Shown: positions 9,931 to 19,704 of the stretch, in pieces
Position numbering within the stretch: position 1 is the stretch's first letter
How the letters are laid out: each line of letters starts with the position of its first letter
Made by a program: the position numbers and the translations under genes
Notes under the pieces: generated by a model
Databases searched by the model: none
What the model was told of the DNA's origin: nothing
Seen by the model: only the letters and a program-made list of their open reading frames with translations
Origin: an uncultured Puniceicoccaceae bacterium
GTDB taxonomy: Bacteria; Verrucomicrobiota; Verrucomicrobiia; Opitutales; Oceanipulchritudinaceae
NCBI GenBank assembly: GCA_963933835.1
Contig: CAWVVV010000002.1
Location: 1 to 64,000, forward strand
Direction of reading: 5' to 3'
Length of the DNA: 64,000 bases

Positions 9931-10677
9931 TCACATGACTATACCGCCGTCAACGGTAAAAGTCTGCCCAGTAATGTATCCGGCCTCTTCAGACGCTAGG
10001 TAAGTAACCATGCGGGATATATCACGAACCGTACCCATGCGGCGTAGGGGAATACTTCCAAGGATGGTTTCTTTCACGCTGTCGCCCAAATCGGAGGTCA
10101 TATCCGTCTCAATAAAACCTGGAGCAACGGCGTTGGCGGTGAGTTGCCTTTTTGCGAATTCACGAGCGATCGACTTGGTTAATCCAATCATTCCAGCCTT
10201 CGCAGCGGCATAATTTGCCTGGCCCGCATTACCCATGAGACCGATGACGGACGTGATGTTGATGATGCGACCCCAACGATTCCGTGCCATATTTTTACTC
10301 GCCGCCTGACATAGCGCGAAGGAGCTAGAAAGATTCGTTGCGATGACCTCATCCCACTCTTCGTCTTTCATGCGGATAAACATGTTATCGCGCGTTATAC
10401 CGGCATTATTGACGAGAATATCGATCTTTCCGTGCTTAGCGATAACCCCCTCAACCGCCGCAGTTGCCGCGGCGCGGTCAGAGATATCGAGGGCCAGTCC
10501 TTCCGCTGAACCCCCGCTCGCATTGATCGTATCGGCAGCGGCCCCGCTGGAGGCGTCCGATCGAGCGACACAAACGACGTGAACGCCCTCGGCGGCGAGA
10601 TCTTCGGCGATCGCACGTCCAATGCCGCGACTCGCGCCCGTTACTATAGCTACCCGTTTCTCGAAAGTAAGTTGCAT
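9931..10677 (-). CDS. fabG: 3-oxoacyl-ACP reductase
   Basis: TGASRGIG, NNAGITRD, YAAAK. Confidence 0.96.
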   Translation of the reverse strand: MQLTFEKRVAIVTGASRGIGRAIAEDLAAEGVHVVCVARSDASSGAAADTINASGGSAEGLALDISDRAAATAAVEGVIAKHGKIDILVNNAGITRDNMFIRMKDEEWDEVIATNLSSSFALCQAASKNMARNRWGRIINITSVIGLMGNAGQANYAAAKAGMIGLTKSIAREFAKRQLTANAVAPGFIETDMTSDLGDSVKETILGSIPLRRMGTVRDISRMVTYLASEEAGYITGQTFTVDGGIVM

Positions 10678-10725
10678 GAGATCAGGGAACTTCGGAAACC
10701 CGCCGAGGCAAGCGAATTTCAGCCG

Positions 10726-11502
10726 TCAGACTTGAGGGCGGTCTCTCGAATCACCAAACCAAGCTAGCTCCTCGGCATAGGCTGCAACACTGCCAATAAT
10801 GACGACCGATGGCGGACCAAATCCCTCTTTCTCAACGTCTTGGGCTAAGGCTTTCAGGCAGGTTGTGAGGATGCGCTGTTTTGCAGTCGTCCCTCGTTGC
10901 ACGACCGCAGCCGGCGTCTCAGGGTCGCGCCCTTCGGCGATCAAACGTCCGGCAATCTCCGGCAAACGCCCCATCGCCATATAGAGGACGAGTGTCGCTC
11001 CACTGCGGGCGTGTTCGGGCCAATTAATTGCCAATTCAGAGGCTTTGTCCGGCATTTCATGACCACTGATAAAGGTGATCGCTCCGGTCGCAGCTCGATG
11101 ACTCAACGGAATCCCCGCATAAGCCGCGCAGCCAATCGCTGCGGTAATTCCCGGGACAATCTCAAAAGAAACCCCTGCTTTAATAAGCGCACTCGCCTCC
11201 TCGCCTCCTCGACCAAAAATAAAGGGATCGCCTCCCTTTAGCCGCACAACTTCAAGACCTGCGCGCGCGAGTTCAACGAGGCGCTCTTGTATCTGTTCCT
11301 GAGGAAGGCTGTGAAATCCTGGTCGTTTTCCGACGCAAATCTGCTGGCAACCTGGCTTCGTCCATTCCAGCAACTCAGGCGCAGCCAGATAGTCGTAGAC
11401 GATCGCATCGCAGCTGCGAATAAGGCGCGCAGCCTTTAGAGTGACCAGCTCCGGATCCCCCGGGCCTGCCCCAACTAAAAAAACTTTTCCCAAAACGGGC
11501 AT
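10726..11502 (-). CDS. cobA: Uroporphyrinogen-III C-methyltransferase (siroheme pathway)
   Basis: LVGAGPGDPEL, RLKGGDPFIFGRGGEE. Confidence 0.95.
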   Translation of the reverse strand: MPVLGKVFLVGAGPGDPELVTLKAARLIRSCDAIVYDYLAAPELLEWTKPGCQQICVGKRPGFHSLPQEQIQERLVELARAGLEVVRLKGGDPFIFGRGGEEASALIKAGVSFEIVPGITAAIGCAAYAGIPLSHRAATGAITFISGHEMPDKASELAINWPEHARSGATLVLYMAMGRLPEIAGRLIAEGRDPETPAAVVQRGTTAKQRILTTCLKALAQDVEKEGFGPPSVVIIGSVAAYAEELAWFGDSRDRPQV

Positions 11503-11583
11503 AAAACAGACAGAAAGCGGCTCTCTTAGAGACGCAAATCTTTTATTATTGTATTTAACCCTAAAAACCTAAGATTAAGGCAA

Positions 11584-12318
11584 ATGAAGGCTTCAGCACA
11601 CACCCTGACGGACGAAACTTTGGTTGCGCAAAACCAAAGGTTAGCGGCCATGCACCCTGCCGAGCGGGTTCGCTGGGGCTTCGAGGTGTTCGGCGACGGG
11701 CTTGTCCTCTCAACGAGTTTCGGTGTTCAAGCAGCCGTCATGATTCACCTCGTCAGCGAGGCCGCCCCCGAGACACCTGTCATCTGGGTCGATACCGGCT
11801 ACCACTTTCCTGAGACCTACAAGTTTGCCGAAGAACTCACAGAGCGCCTCAGCATAAACCTGAAGGTGTATCATCCCCTCATGTCTGCTGCGCGCCAAGA
11901 GGCATTGCATGGCAAGCGCTGGGAAAGCGATCTGCAAGCGCTCGAAGCCTACAACCGGGAGAACAAGGTCGAACCGATGAACCGAGCGATCGGCGAACTC
12001 GGCGCGAAGGCATGGATGTCTGGGCTGCGACGCTCCCAAGCAAGCACGCGCCAAGACTTAGACTTTCTGGAAAAGCAGAATCGCACTTGGAAGTTCCACC
12101 CCATCCTCGACTGGGACGACCGTGCGATCTACAAATATTTGACCGAAAACGACCTACCCTACCATCCACTCTGGGAGCAGGGTTATGTGAGTATCGGCGA
12201 CTGGCACAGTACCGAGAAGCTCACTCCCGGCAAGTCGGCCGAGGAGACGCGCTTTGGCGGAGCTAAGCGCGAGTGTGGACTGCACGAGCTCAGTGGAGAT
12301 GCTGACTGGCAGATTTAA
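11584..12318 (+). CDS. cysH: Phosphoadenylyl-sulfate reductase
   Basis: [28 protein letters not shown]; no CC/CxxC cluster ligands, so PAPS-type. Confidence 0.93.
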   Translation: MKASAHTLTDETLVAQNQRLAAMHPAERVRWGFEVFGDGLVLSTSFGVQAAVMIHLVSEAAPETPVIWVDTGYHFPETYKFAEELTERLSINLKVYHPLMSAARQEALHGKRWESDLQALEAYNRENKVEPMNRAIGELGAKAWMSGLRRSQASTRQDLDFLEKQNRTWKFHPILDWDDRAIYKYLTENDLPYHPLWEQGYVSIGDWHSTEKLTPGKSAEETRFGGAKRECGLHELSGDADWQI

Positions 12319-12363
12319 ATTCTGTAGTTGAAAGCATTCAGCCCTTTGCCGCTGGCATTTAGC

Positions 12364-12399
12364 AAAAAACCCTCAGCACCGATCGGCGCTGAGGGTTTT
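12364..12399. terminator. Bidirectional intrinsic terminator between cysH and cysI
   Basis: aaaaccctcagcacc-gatc-ggcgctgagggtttt with A/T runs on both sides. Confidence 0.85.
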
Positions 12400-12426
12400 C
12401 GATAAAACGATACCCGATGTGTTTGC

Positions 12427-14142
12427 CTATGCTTTTCCAGCGATGGGCTCGTGGTAATTCATGCTCTCGTCCCAAGGCTCAACGATACCGACACGCATGC
12501 AGAAATCACCGAAGTGCTCACCGCTTTCGCGTTCCTCTTTGTAGCGAGCGAGGAAGGGTTGAAGGATCGGGATAATCTTGGCCACCGGAACGCTCATGGT
12601 GTGAAGACGAGCGAGGCGTGAGCCATCGAAGGCAGCTCCGAGGTAAAGGTTGTATTTGCCAGGCGCTTTGCCCACTAGACCGATCTCGGCAATGAAGGGA
12701 CGGGCGCAGCCGTTTGGACAGCCCGTCATGCGGATGACGATTTCGTCGTCGCGCAAGCCCAGCTTCGTCAACTCCGCTTCGATTTCGGTCACGAGTTCTG
12801 GCAGATAGCGTTCAGATTCAGCGAGTGCCAAGCCACAGGTCGGAAGCGCCACACAGGCCATCGAGTTGCGCCGTAGACCACCGCTCTCGAGGCCGCGCAG
12901 AAGGCCAAATTCCTCTGCCATCGCTTGGATGCGGTCTTTGTCTTTTGCTGCAACACCACCGATGATCAGATTCTGATTACAAGTCAGGCGGAAGTCGCCT
13001 TTGTGCACCTTAGCGATCTCGCGCAGACCCGTTTTCATCTGGAAGTCGGGCGTATCGAGGACACGACCACTTTGGATAAAGAGCGTGAGGTGCCACTTCT
13101 TGTCCGCACCCTCGACCCAGCCATAGCGGTCTCCGGTGTGGTCAAATTTAAATTCGGCTGGCTCTTGAAGCTTCTTGCCGAGGCGCTTCTCAACTTCACC
13201 TCGGAACCAGTCGATCCCGCGATCTTTGATCGTATATTTGAGGCGAGCATGCGCGCGGTTGGTCCGATCACCAAAATCGCGCTGGGTTGTTACAACCGCC
13301 TCCGCGAGTGCGACCGCATCTTCGGGCGTGCAGAAACCAACCATATCGGCAAGGCGCGGGTGCGTCTCAGCATTACCATGCGTCGTTCCCATTCCGCCAC
13401 CGACGGTGACGTTGTAGCCGATGACTTTGTCGTCCTTCAGGATGGTGATGTAACCCAAATCGTGGGCGTAGATATCGACGTCATTGCTCGGCGGTACCGC
13501 GACGACAATTTTAAATTTCCGGGGCAGGTAAGTCTTGCCGTAGATCGGCTCTACTTCTTCGCCGCCAGCAACCTTTTCCCCATCGAGCCAGATCTCGCGG
13601 TAAGCGCCAGTCTGCGGAGTGAGGTGCGCACTGAGCGCTTCCGACAGCTCCTGAGCCGTGGCATGCGCTGCGCTCTGGTAAGGGTTCGGATTGCACATCA
13701 CGTTACGATTCACGTCACCGCAGGCCGCGATCGTATCAAGCAGACTGTCGTTAATCTCCTTCATCGTCTGCTTAAGGTTGTGCTTCAAAACGCCGTGAAA
13801 CTGAAAGGCCTGACGCGTCGTCAGCTTTAGCGTGCCGTTCGCAAAAGTGTCGCTCAAGCGATCCATTTCGAGCCATTGGGCCGAGGTTGAAACACCCCCT
13901 GGAACGCGGACGCGGATCATAAAGCTGTAGGCCTTATCGAGGCGCTTTTTCCGGCGCTCACTACGTTGATCGCGATCATCCTGCACGTAGGTGCCGTGGA
14001 ACTTGGTTAGCTGAGCATCATCCGCAGAAATGGTGCCCGAAAGCGTATTCGCCAAACCCTCAAGGATCGTTCCACGGAGGAAGTTACTCTCGACTTTGAT
14101 CGACTCGTTTTTGTGAAGAGGCTTGGTTGTATCGCCTGACAT
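12427..14142 (-). CDS. cysI: Sulfite reductase hemoprotein subunit
   Basis: KFHGTYVQDDRD, CVALPTC and TGCPNGC siroheme/[4Fe-4S] ligands. Confidence 0.95.
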   Translation of the reverse strand: MSGDTTKPLHKNESIKVESNFLRGTILEGLANTLSGTISADDAQLTKFHGTYVQDDRDQRSERRKKRLDKAYSFMIRVRVPGGVSTSAQWLEMDRLSDTFANGTLKLTTRQAFQFHGVLKHNLKQTMKEINDSLLDTIAACGDVNRNVMCNPNPYQSAAHATAQELSEALSAHLTPQTGAYREIWLDGEKVAGGEEVEPIYGKTYLPRKFKIVVAVPPSNDVDIYAHDLGYITILKDDKVIGYNVTVGGGMGTTHGNAETHPRLADMVGFCTPEDAVALAEAVVTTQRDFGDRTNRAHARLKYTIKDRGIDWFRGEVEKRLGKKLQEPAEFKFDHTGDRYGWVEGADKKWHLTLFIQSGRVLDTPDFQMKTGLREIAKVHKGDFRLTCNQNLIIGGVAAKDKDRIQAMAEEFGLLRGLESGGLRRNSMACVALPTCGLALAESERYLPELVTEIEAELTKLGLRDDEIVIRMTGCPNGCARPFIAEIGLVGKAPGKYNLYLGAAFDGSRLARLHTMSVPVAKIIPILQPFLARYKEERESGEHFGDFCMRVGIVEPWDESMNYHEPIAGKA

Positions 14143-14330
14143 AATAGGTGCGAACTGATTTTAGATGTGTTCCGAAGGCAAGTCTATTACGATGACCTAA
14201 ATCAGCAAATACACGCGAAGAAATTGGGCCATGCAGCCGAATCTATGAAACGGCTTTTCACCTCGCTTCATACGAAACAGATTGTGATCGAAGGTTGACC
14301 CAGCCTCATCCGACAGCATCCATCAAGGTC

Positions 14331-14813
14331 ATGAGCGATTACGAACCAGCAGAAACCCTCACGATGGAAACCACTCAAGGTGCGATCACCTTTAAGCTCT
14401 ACCCCGATCGCGCTCCAAAAACGGTTGAAAACTTTGTCACGCACGCACGCAACGGCTACTACGACGGCGTCCAGTTTCACCGTATCATTCCTTCCTTTAT
14501 GATTCAGGGCGGCGACCCGACAGCAAGCGGCCGCGGCGGTGAATCAATCTGGGGAAAGCCCTTTCAGGACGAGTGCCACAAGGATCTCACTTTCAGCAAG
14601 CCAGGCCTGCTCGCAATGGCCAACTCTGGGCCCGGAACGAACGGCAGCCAATTCTTCATCACGACCGCCGCAACTCCATGGTTGAACGGCAACCACACCA
14701 TTTTTGGTGAAGTGACTGAAGGCTACGACAACGTAGAGACCCTCGACGGCATCGAAACGGACGGTGGTGACCGCCCACTCGAAAAGCAGGCGATCAAGTC
14801 GATCACAGTTTAG
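14331..14813 (+). CDS. Cyclophilin-type peptidyl-prolyl isomerase
   Basis: FHRIIPSFMIQGGDP, AMANSGPGTNGSQFFIT. Confidence 0.95.
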   Translation: MSDYEPAETLTMETTQGAITFKLYPDRAPKTVENFVTHARNGYYDGVQFHRIIPSFMIQGGDPTASGRGGESIWGKPFQDECHKDLTFSKPGLLAMANSGPGTNGSQFFITTAATPWLNGNHTIFGEVTEGYDNVETLDGIETDGGDRPLEKQAIKSITV

Positions 14814-14831
14814 TTCTATCGAGGCATTTGG

Positions 14832-15665
14832 ATGGAGAATGATTGGTTGAAAACGTCTTTCGAAGGTTGGACGTTTCATCACTCTGCTCCACTCACCCCT
14901 ACCACTCGCCCGATCCTCGCCTTACACGGCTTTACGGGCAGCGGCTGCGACTTTCGCCAACTCTCTGAGCACCCAGAGGCGCCAGCAGATACCTGCTGGA
15001 TTGCCCCTGATCTTCCTGGGCATGGCGACACGGGGGTGTTGCCGCGCGCGGAATGCAGCTTAAATGCTATGGCGGATGTGCTTAGCCGTTTTCTTGAATC
15101 CCAAAAGCTAGAGCCTCACCTTCTTGGATATTCCATGGGGGGACGACTCGCCCTCACGCTTGCAACCCAAGGGGCACCCATCGCCAGCCTCACGCTTATC
15201 GGCGCACATCCCGGCATCATTGATGAAAGTGAGCGTCAGCAGCGCAGATGCGCAGATCACGAGCTCGCACTGCATATCCGCGAAATCGGATCGGTGGCAT
15301 TTGCTGAAGAGTGGGAATTGAAGCCACTCATTCGCTCCCAGTGCTCAATACCACAACCCTACCTTGATGGACTAAAAACAAGGCGACGCCGTCAGTCAGC
15401 AGAGGGACTCGCTCGCTGCCTCGAAGAGGCCGGAACAGGCACCATGGCACCACTCTGGGATAGCTTGAAATCCATTCAATACCCCATCCTTTATCTCTTT
15501 GGGGCAGAGGATATCAAATTCCGCGCTATCGGGCACTCGCTTGCCGCTGTTTGCAAAAAGTTTAAGTCAGGAGAGCTTCCAAATGCCGGGCACTGCGCTC
15601 ACCTCGAAAACAGCTTGGAATTTCTAACCAAGCTCAAAAGATGCATAACCACTCCCATTACTTAA
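14832..15665 (+). CDS. Alpha/beta hydrolase, MenH-like
   Basis: LHGFTGS, DLPGHG, GYSMGGR, AGHCAHLEN. Confidence 0.8.
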   Translation: MENDWLKTSFEGWTFHHSAPLTPTTRPILALHGFTGSGCDFRQLSEHPEAPADTCWIAPDLPGHGDTGVLPRAECSLNAMADVLSRFLESQKLEPHLLGYSMGGRLALTLATQGAPIASLTLIGAHPGIIDESERQQRRCADHELALHIREIGSVAFAEEWELKPLIRSQCSIPQPYLDGLKTRRRRQSAEGLARCLEEAGTGTMAPLWDSLKSIQYPILYLFGAEDIKFRAIGHSLAAVCKKFKSGELPNAGHCAHLENSLEFLTKLKRCITTPIT

Positions 15666-15912
15666 TGATACTGCTTACTTTTTAGAACCGTGATGCAAAA
15701 GTAATGCATAATTGCGTCACCGCCTAAACGACGGTCACTGACCAAAACTGCATCCGTCTAGCCAATCAAAAGACTAAAGACTCTTATTGCGTTGCCAAGG
15801 GATAGGCTAATAATAATTATTAACGTCTGGGAATCCCGACATAATGGCACATTAATGCCATTAGAATCATTTGACCAAAAAACACCTTTTAACTCTCCCC
15901 CTCCTTAGTAGA

Positions 15913-16386
15913 ATGGCTAAATCAAAAAAAGATAAAGGGATCAGCCGAATTGATTCCGGCTCAACTCACGGCTGGTTTGTCCGTGGCTATAGAAACGGCA
16001 AAACTTACTCACGACTTTTCAGTGATTTGAAATCTGGTGGCAAACGTAAGGCTCAAGCACTCGCTCGCGAATACCGAGACGAGCTTCACGACGAGCTCGA
16101 AAAAATTCCCCAAAAGCCACGCGCGCGCCGCATCGTCTACCGCGACTCTCGCAACAACACCGGTGTCCTCGGTGTCTGCCGCACGGCCAAGAAAGGTCCA
16201 AGCGGCGCGATCAATGAGTGCTACTCTGTAAGCTGGCGTCCAGAGCCTGGCGTGCAAAAGTGCACTAGTTTCTCGATCCGCAAGTATGGGGAGGACAAAG
16301 CCTTCAAGCTCGCTGTCGATCTCCGCCAGAAAAAGATGAAAGAGATCTACGGATCCGAAATCATCAAAAAGATGAAGTTTGCTTAA
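15913..16386 (+). CDS. AP2 domain-containing DNA-binding protein (two AP2-like repeats)
   Basis: GISR...GWFVR...SRLFS...GGKRKAQALAREYR and TGVLGV...SW...TSFSIRKYGEDKAFKLAVDLR. Confidence 0.8.
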   Translation: MAKSKKDKGISRIDSGSTHGWFVRGYRNGKTYSRLFSDLKSGGKRKAQALAREYRDELHDELEKIPQKPRARRIVYRDSRNNTGVLGVCRTAKKGPSGAINECYSVSWRPEPGVQKCTSFSIRKYGEDKAFKLAVDLRQKKMKEIYGSEIIKKMKFA

Positions 16387-16413
16387 GCGCCGCTTACTCT
16401 CGTCAGACTTTTC

Positions 16414-16443
16414 AAAACACACCGGCAGTCGTCGGTGTGTTTT
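16414..16443 (+). terminator. Intrinsic terminator after the AP2 gene
   Basis: aaaacacaccggc-agtc-gtcggtgtgtttt. Confidence 0.8.
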
Positions 16444-16604
16444 GCTATCTAGACAAATCGCGGCGAGCTACCTCGTGCTTTGACATCTCGATATTATCAT
16501 TTGATGCTGCGCCACTAGCTAGATGAAGGGCAGTTCACGGAACTGACATTCAGTCTCGCCGCCTCACTTAGTGGGGCTCATTCTTAAGTATAAGTTAGAA
16601 ATTT

Positions 16605-17594
16605 ATGTACTCCATTGAACATTGTCTCGTTATCGGAGCTGGGATCAGCGGCCTCCTCGTCGCCAAACATCTCCAGAGCCACGGCGTGAAAGTCACCGTA
16701 ATCGACAAGGGGCGACGCCCTGGCGGGCGCGTGTCTACAAAGGAGCACACAGACGGCACCTTCGATCACGGCGCTCAATTTATCACCACGCGGGACAAAC
16801 TCTTTCGCAACGTTGTCGAAGGTTGGCTAGCGGCAGGCGCCGTCAGCCCGTGGTACAAAGGCCCACTCGGCAATATGCGTTATATCGGCAAAGGCGGCAT
16901 GGCCAACCTCCCAGCCTATCTCGCCCAAGGCCTCGACATCCGTTCTTCCGAAACGGTGTCCCAAATTAATTTCAGAAAAAGCGGCTGGAAGGTCACAACT
17001 CAGCCATATGGTGGTGGTAAGTCGATTCACCACAAAGGTGACTTCCTTATCATGACCGCGCCAGTTCCCCAGTCGCGCGCCCTCATCGACGGATCCAATG
17101 TCGACCTCGACTACGACGACGAAGAAGAGCTCGCCAAAATTGAGTACACCAAGTGCATCAGCGTCATGGCATATCTGTCAGGCCCTGCCGGTCTGCCAAA
17201 CCCCGGCGCGATGGATCTTAATCTAGGTGCACTGCGCTGGCTAGGTGACAACAACGCCAAGGGGATCTCGAAGACTGCAGGGACGCTCACGATCAACAGC
17301 TCCGCAGCCTTCGCAGAAAAATACTGGGATACACCAGACGATGTTCGCATTCCTCTTATTTTAAAGGCTGCCCGACCATTTCTAAAATCAGATGCGATTA
17401 CCGCAACGGCGCACCAATGGGGCTACAGCGAGCCTAAGCGAATCTACTTCGAGAAAAAGCCCTTCCGTAAAAACTATCTCCTCGATGAGTCCATCTGCCT
17501 CGGCATGTGCGGTGATGGCTTCGGCGGCAGCCGAGTAGAAGCAGCCGCCCTGAGTGGACTGCACCTAGGCGAAGAACTCACGCGCGCCGTTTAG
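16605..17594 (+). CDS. Renalase-like NAD(P)/FAD-dependent oxidoreductase
   Basis: GAGISG, DKGRRPGGR, FDHGAQFIT, CGD...VEAAALSG. Confidence 0.88.
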   Translation: MYSIEHCLVIGAGISGLLVAKHLQSHGVKVTVIDKGRRPGGRVSTKEHTDGTFDHGAQFITTRDKLFRNVVEGWLAAGAVSPWYKGPLGNMRYIGKGGMANLPAYLAQGLDIRSSETVSQINFRKSGWKVTTQPYGGGKSIHHKGDFLIMTAPVPQSRALIDGSNVDLDYDDEEELAKIEYTKCISVMAYLSGPAGLPNPGAMDLNLGALRWLGDNNAKGISKTAGTLTINSSAAFAEKYWDTPDDVRIPLILKAARPFLKSDAITATAHQWGYSEPKRIYFEKKPFRKNYLLDESICLGMCGDGFGGSRVEAAALSGLHLGEELTRAV

Positions 17595-17603
17595 ATTCTC
17601 GCT

Positions 17604-17846
17604 TCAATTATCGATTGCGGGCGGTGCACTGTAAAAGGGGATCAGCGTCTCCAGATGACCGTGCACGATTTTAGCGACGGTTTCTGCTGGAATACGGCCT
17701 TTGTGTAGTTCGAAGACGGCGACAAGCAGTGCTAGCTCGATGTCGACTGACTTCGCACTCGTGCCCTTCATTTCACGAAGGATCTCAAGCGCCTTTGTCT
17801 CAGCCTTTTTGTAGTCGTTGAAGTTTTCTTCTGTTGGGCCTGCCAT
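17604..17846 (-). CDS. Small hypothetical protein
   Basis: 80-aa ORF filling the gap, helical protein-like composition. Confidence 0.65.
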   Translation of the reverse strand: MAGPTEENFNDYKKAETKALEILREMKGTSAKSVDIELALLVAVFELHKGRIPAETVAKIVHGHLETLIPFYSAPPAIDN

Positions 17847-18048
17847 AATGATGAAGAGCTCGAACGAAGTGGCCGGTGAAGAAAAGGCAAATTTTCCGTC
17901 TATGTGATCAAAACTTATAGTTAATCATTAATTATTTTTGAATCTTTAGAAGCTGCTGCGCTCTATCTAGACATAAAGATGCTCCAGCCAGATTGTTCCC
18001 TACTCCGCCACTCTTGCCTGAGAACATCGAAATTGCGTCACTTAGACT

Positions 18049-19189
18049 ATGAAGCCCCCCCCTGCGCCCTTCCGCTTGCTCTCAGTCTAAGCGTCCATTC
18101 AGGTCTCCTACACGCGGAAGGCAGCACTGCCTTCAAGGCACAGCACTACGCCGAAGAAAACGGGCGAATTGAGGTCAATTCCCTCTACAACCTCATTGAA
18201 GGTCGCCTCGGGGAAAATTGGATCGTCTCGGCCGAAACGGTCTACAACACGATTTCCGGCGCGACTCCAACAGGCCTGTTACCCGAGGACGGCAGTAGCG
18301 AAGTCCCAACCGAAGAACTTTCTGACATCCGTCGCGCCATCACCCTCCATGTCAGCCTCGAGGTCGATGAATGGACTTACAGCAGTAGTCTCAGCCGGAG
18401 TAAAGAAGATGACTACTCCTCTACGGGTGGGGCCCTCAACATTAGCCGCAGCTTGAATAAAAAGAATACCACCGTCGGGCTCGGTTATGCCTACACCGCG
18501 GACCAGATCTTTCCATTCGCCGCGACATACAAAAAGAAAACGCACGATGCCATCTTGAGTTTTTCACAGGTTCTCAACAAGCGTACGACCTTCGGCCTCA
18601 ACCTCGCTTACTCCAACGCGAATGGCTTTCTCAACGATCCCTATAAAAGCATCCAGCAAGTCGTCGAAATCCGGCCCGGTCGTTTTTCAACGCGGATCTA
18701 CAAAGGGAACCGTCCCGATGAGCGCGAGCGTTGGATTCTCTATGGGCAGCTCAACCATCGCCTAGATGAAATCGGGGCCACCGTTGAAGCCTCCTACCGC
18801 TATTCAACGGACGAATGGGACATCAACACCCACACCGTAGACCTCAAATTGTATCAAGATTTGGATCACAATTTTCCCTAGAGCTATGGGGGCGCTACTT
18901 GAGGCAATCCGCCGCCGACTTCTATATGACTTCACTCACCGGCGTGAATTTTGATCCCAGTCTGATCGAACCCGGACAAGGTCCAGGGCCTCACTACTCC
19001 TCCGATCACCGACTCTCTGAGATGGAAACAATCAATCTCGGGATCAAGCTCCGCTACGAAATCATCGATGGCCTCGCCATCGATTTGAGCTATGAACGCT
19101 ATACTCTCAGCGGCCTCGATGACATCACTCCCGACAGCGCATACAGCAAAGCCAATATTTTCACCCTTGGAGGACAGTGGGTATTTTAG
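18049..19189 (+). pseudogene. Frameshifted DUF3570-like outer-membrane protein
   Basis: TISGATP, SKEDDYSS, GFLNDPYK, YSSDHRLS motifs split over two frames (shift near 18863); ends in barrel-type GGQWVF. Confidence 0.7.
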
Positions 19190-19212
19190 CCGTACCCATT
19201 CCATCGATACAA

Positions 19213-19650
19213 ATGAGCACCGCGCGAATTAAACTCAAACCAACCAGCTTTGGCTACCGCTGGGGTTTCCCTTCGATGGGGACGCGCTGGGACATCCAGA
19301 TTGCCGGAGCGACCGAACGCCAGGCGGTTGAATTGGTCGGCCGCACTGTCCGCTGGTGCGTCGGCTTCGAACAGCGCTACAGCCGATTCAAACCCGAGAG
19401 CTGGCTATCTCAGGTAAATGCGCGCGCTGGCACAGGTGAATGGACCGCCCTGACAGCTTCCGATGAAGAGCTTCTCAATGCAGCGATGAGCGAAACCCAA
19501 ATAGTCTTTGAGACCTCGGTAGATACTGGCTCAACTTGGATCCCCCTGTCCCCCAGTGAGGTTGAAACGACAACAAACAAGTGGACCGCCCGTGTCTCCC
19601 TTGACCCGAATGATTTCAGCTGCCTACGGATGCGTGTCACGAATCAATAA
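19213..19650 (+). pseudogene. Truncated ApbE (FAD:protein FMN transferase) N-terminus fused to an unrelated tail
   Basis: FPSMGT...FEQRYSRFKPESWLSQVN..AG matches the ApbE start; no D-x-T, GGxxKG or ATSG motifs follow. Confidence 0.65.
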
Positions 19651-19704
19651 CTCCCGCCTCTCTAAGCTCGGCAAAGCCCTTCCAGCCTGTCAGCTTCTAC
19701 AACA

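Noticed and set aside
12925..13830. Long antisense ORFs (e.g. 12925-13830, 26386-27393, 44294-45253, 56579-57376)
   Set aside because: They lie opposite well-supported genes, have no recognisable motifs, and are expected from codon bias.
17915..17935. Fur-box-like TTAATCATTAA upstream of the DUF3570-like gene
   Set aside because: The match is only partial and lies in an AT-rich tract, so support is insufficient.
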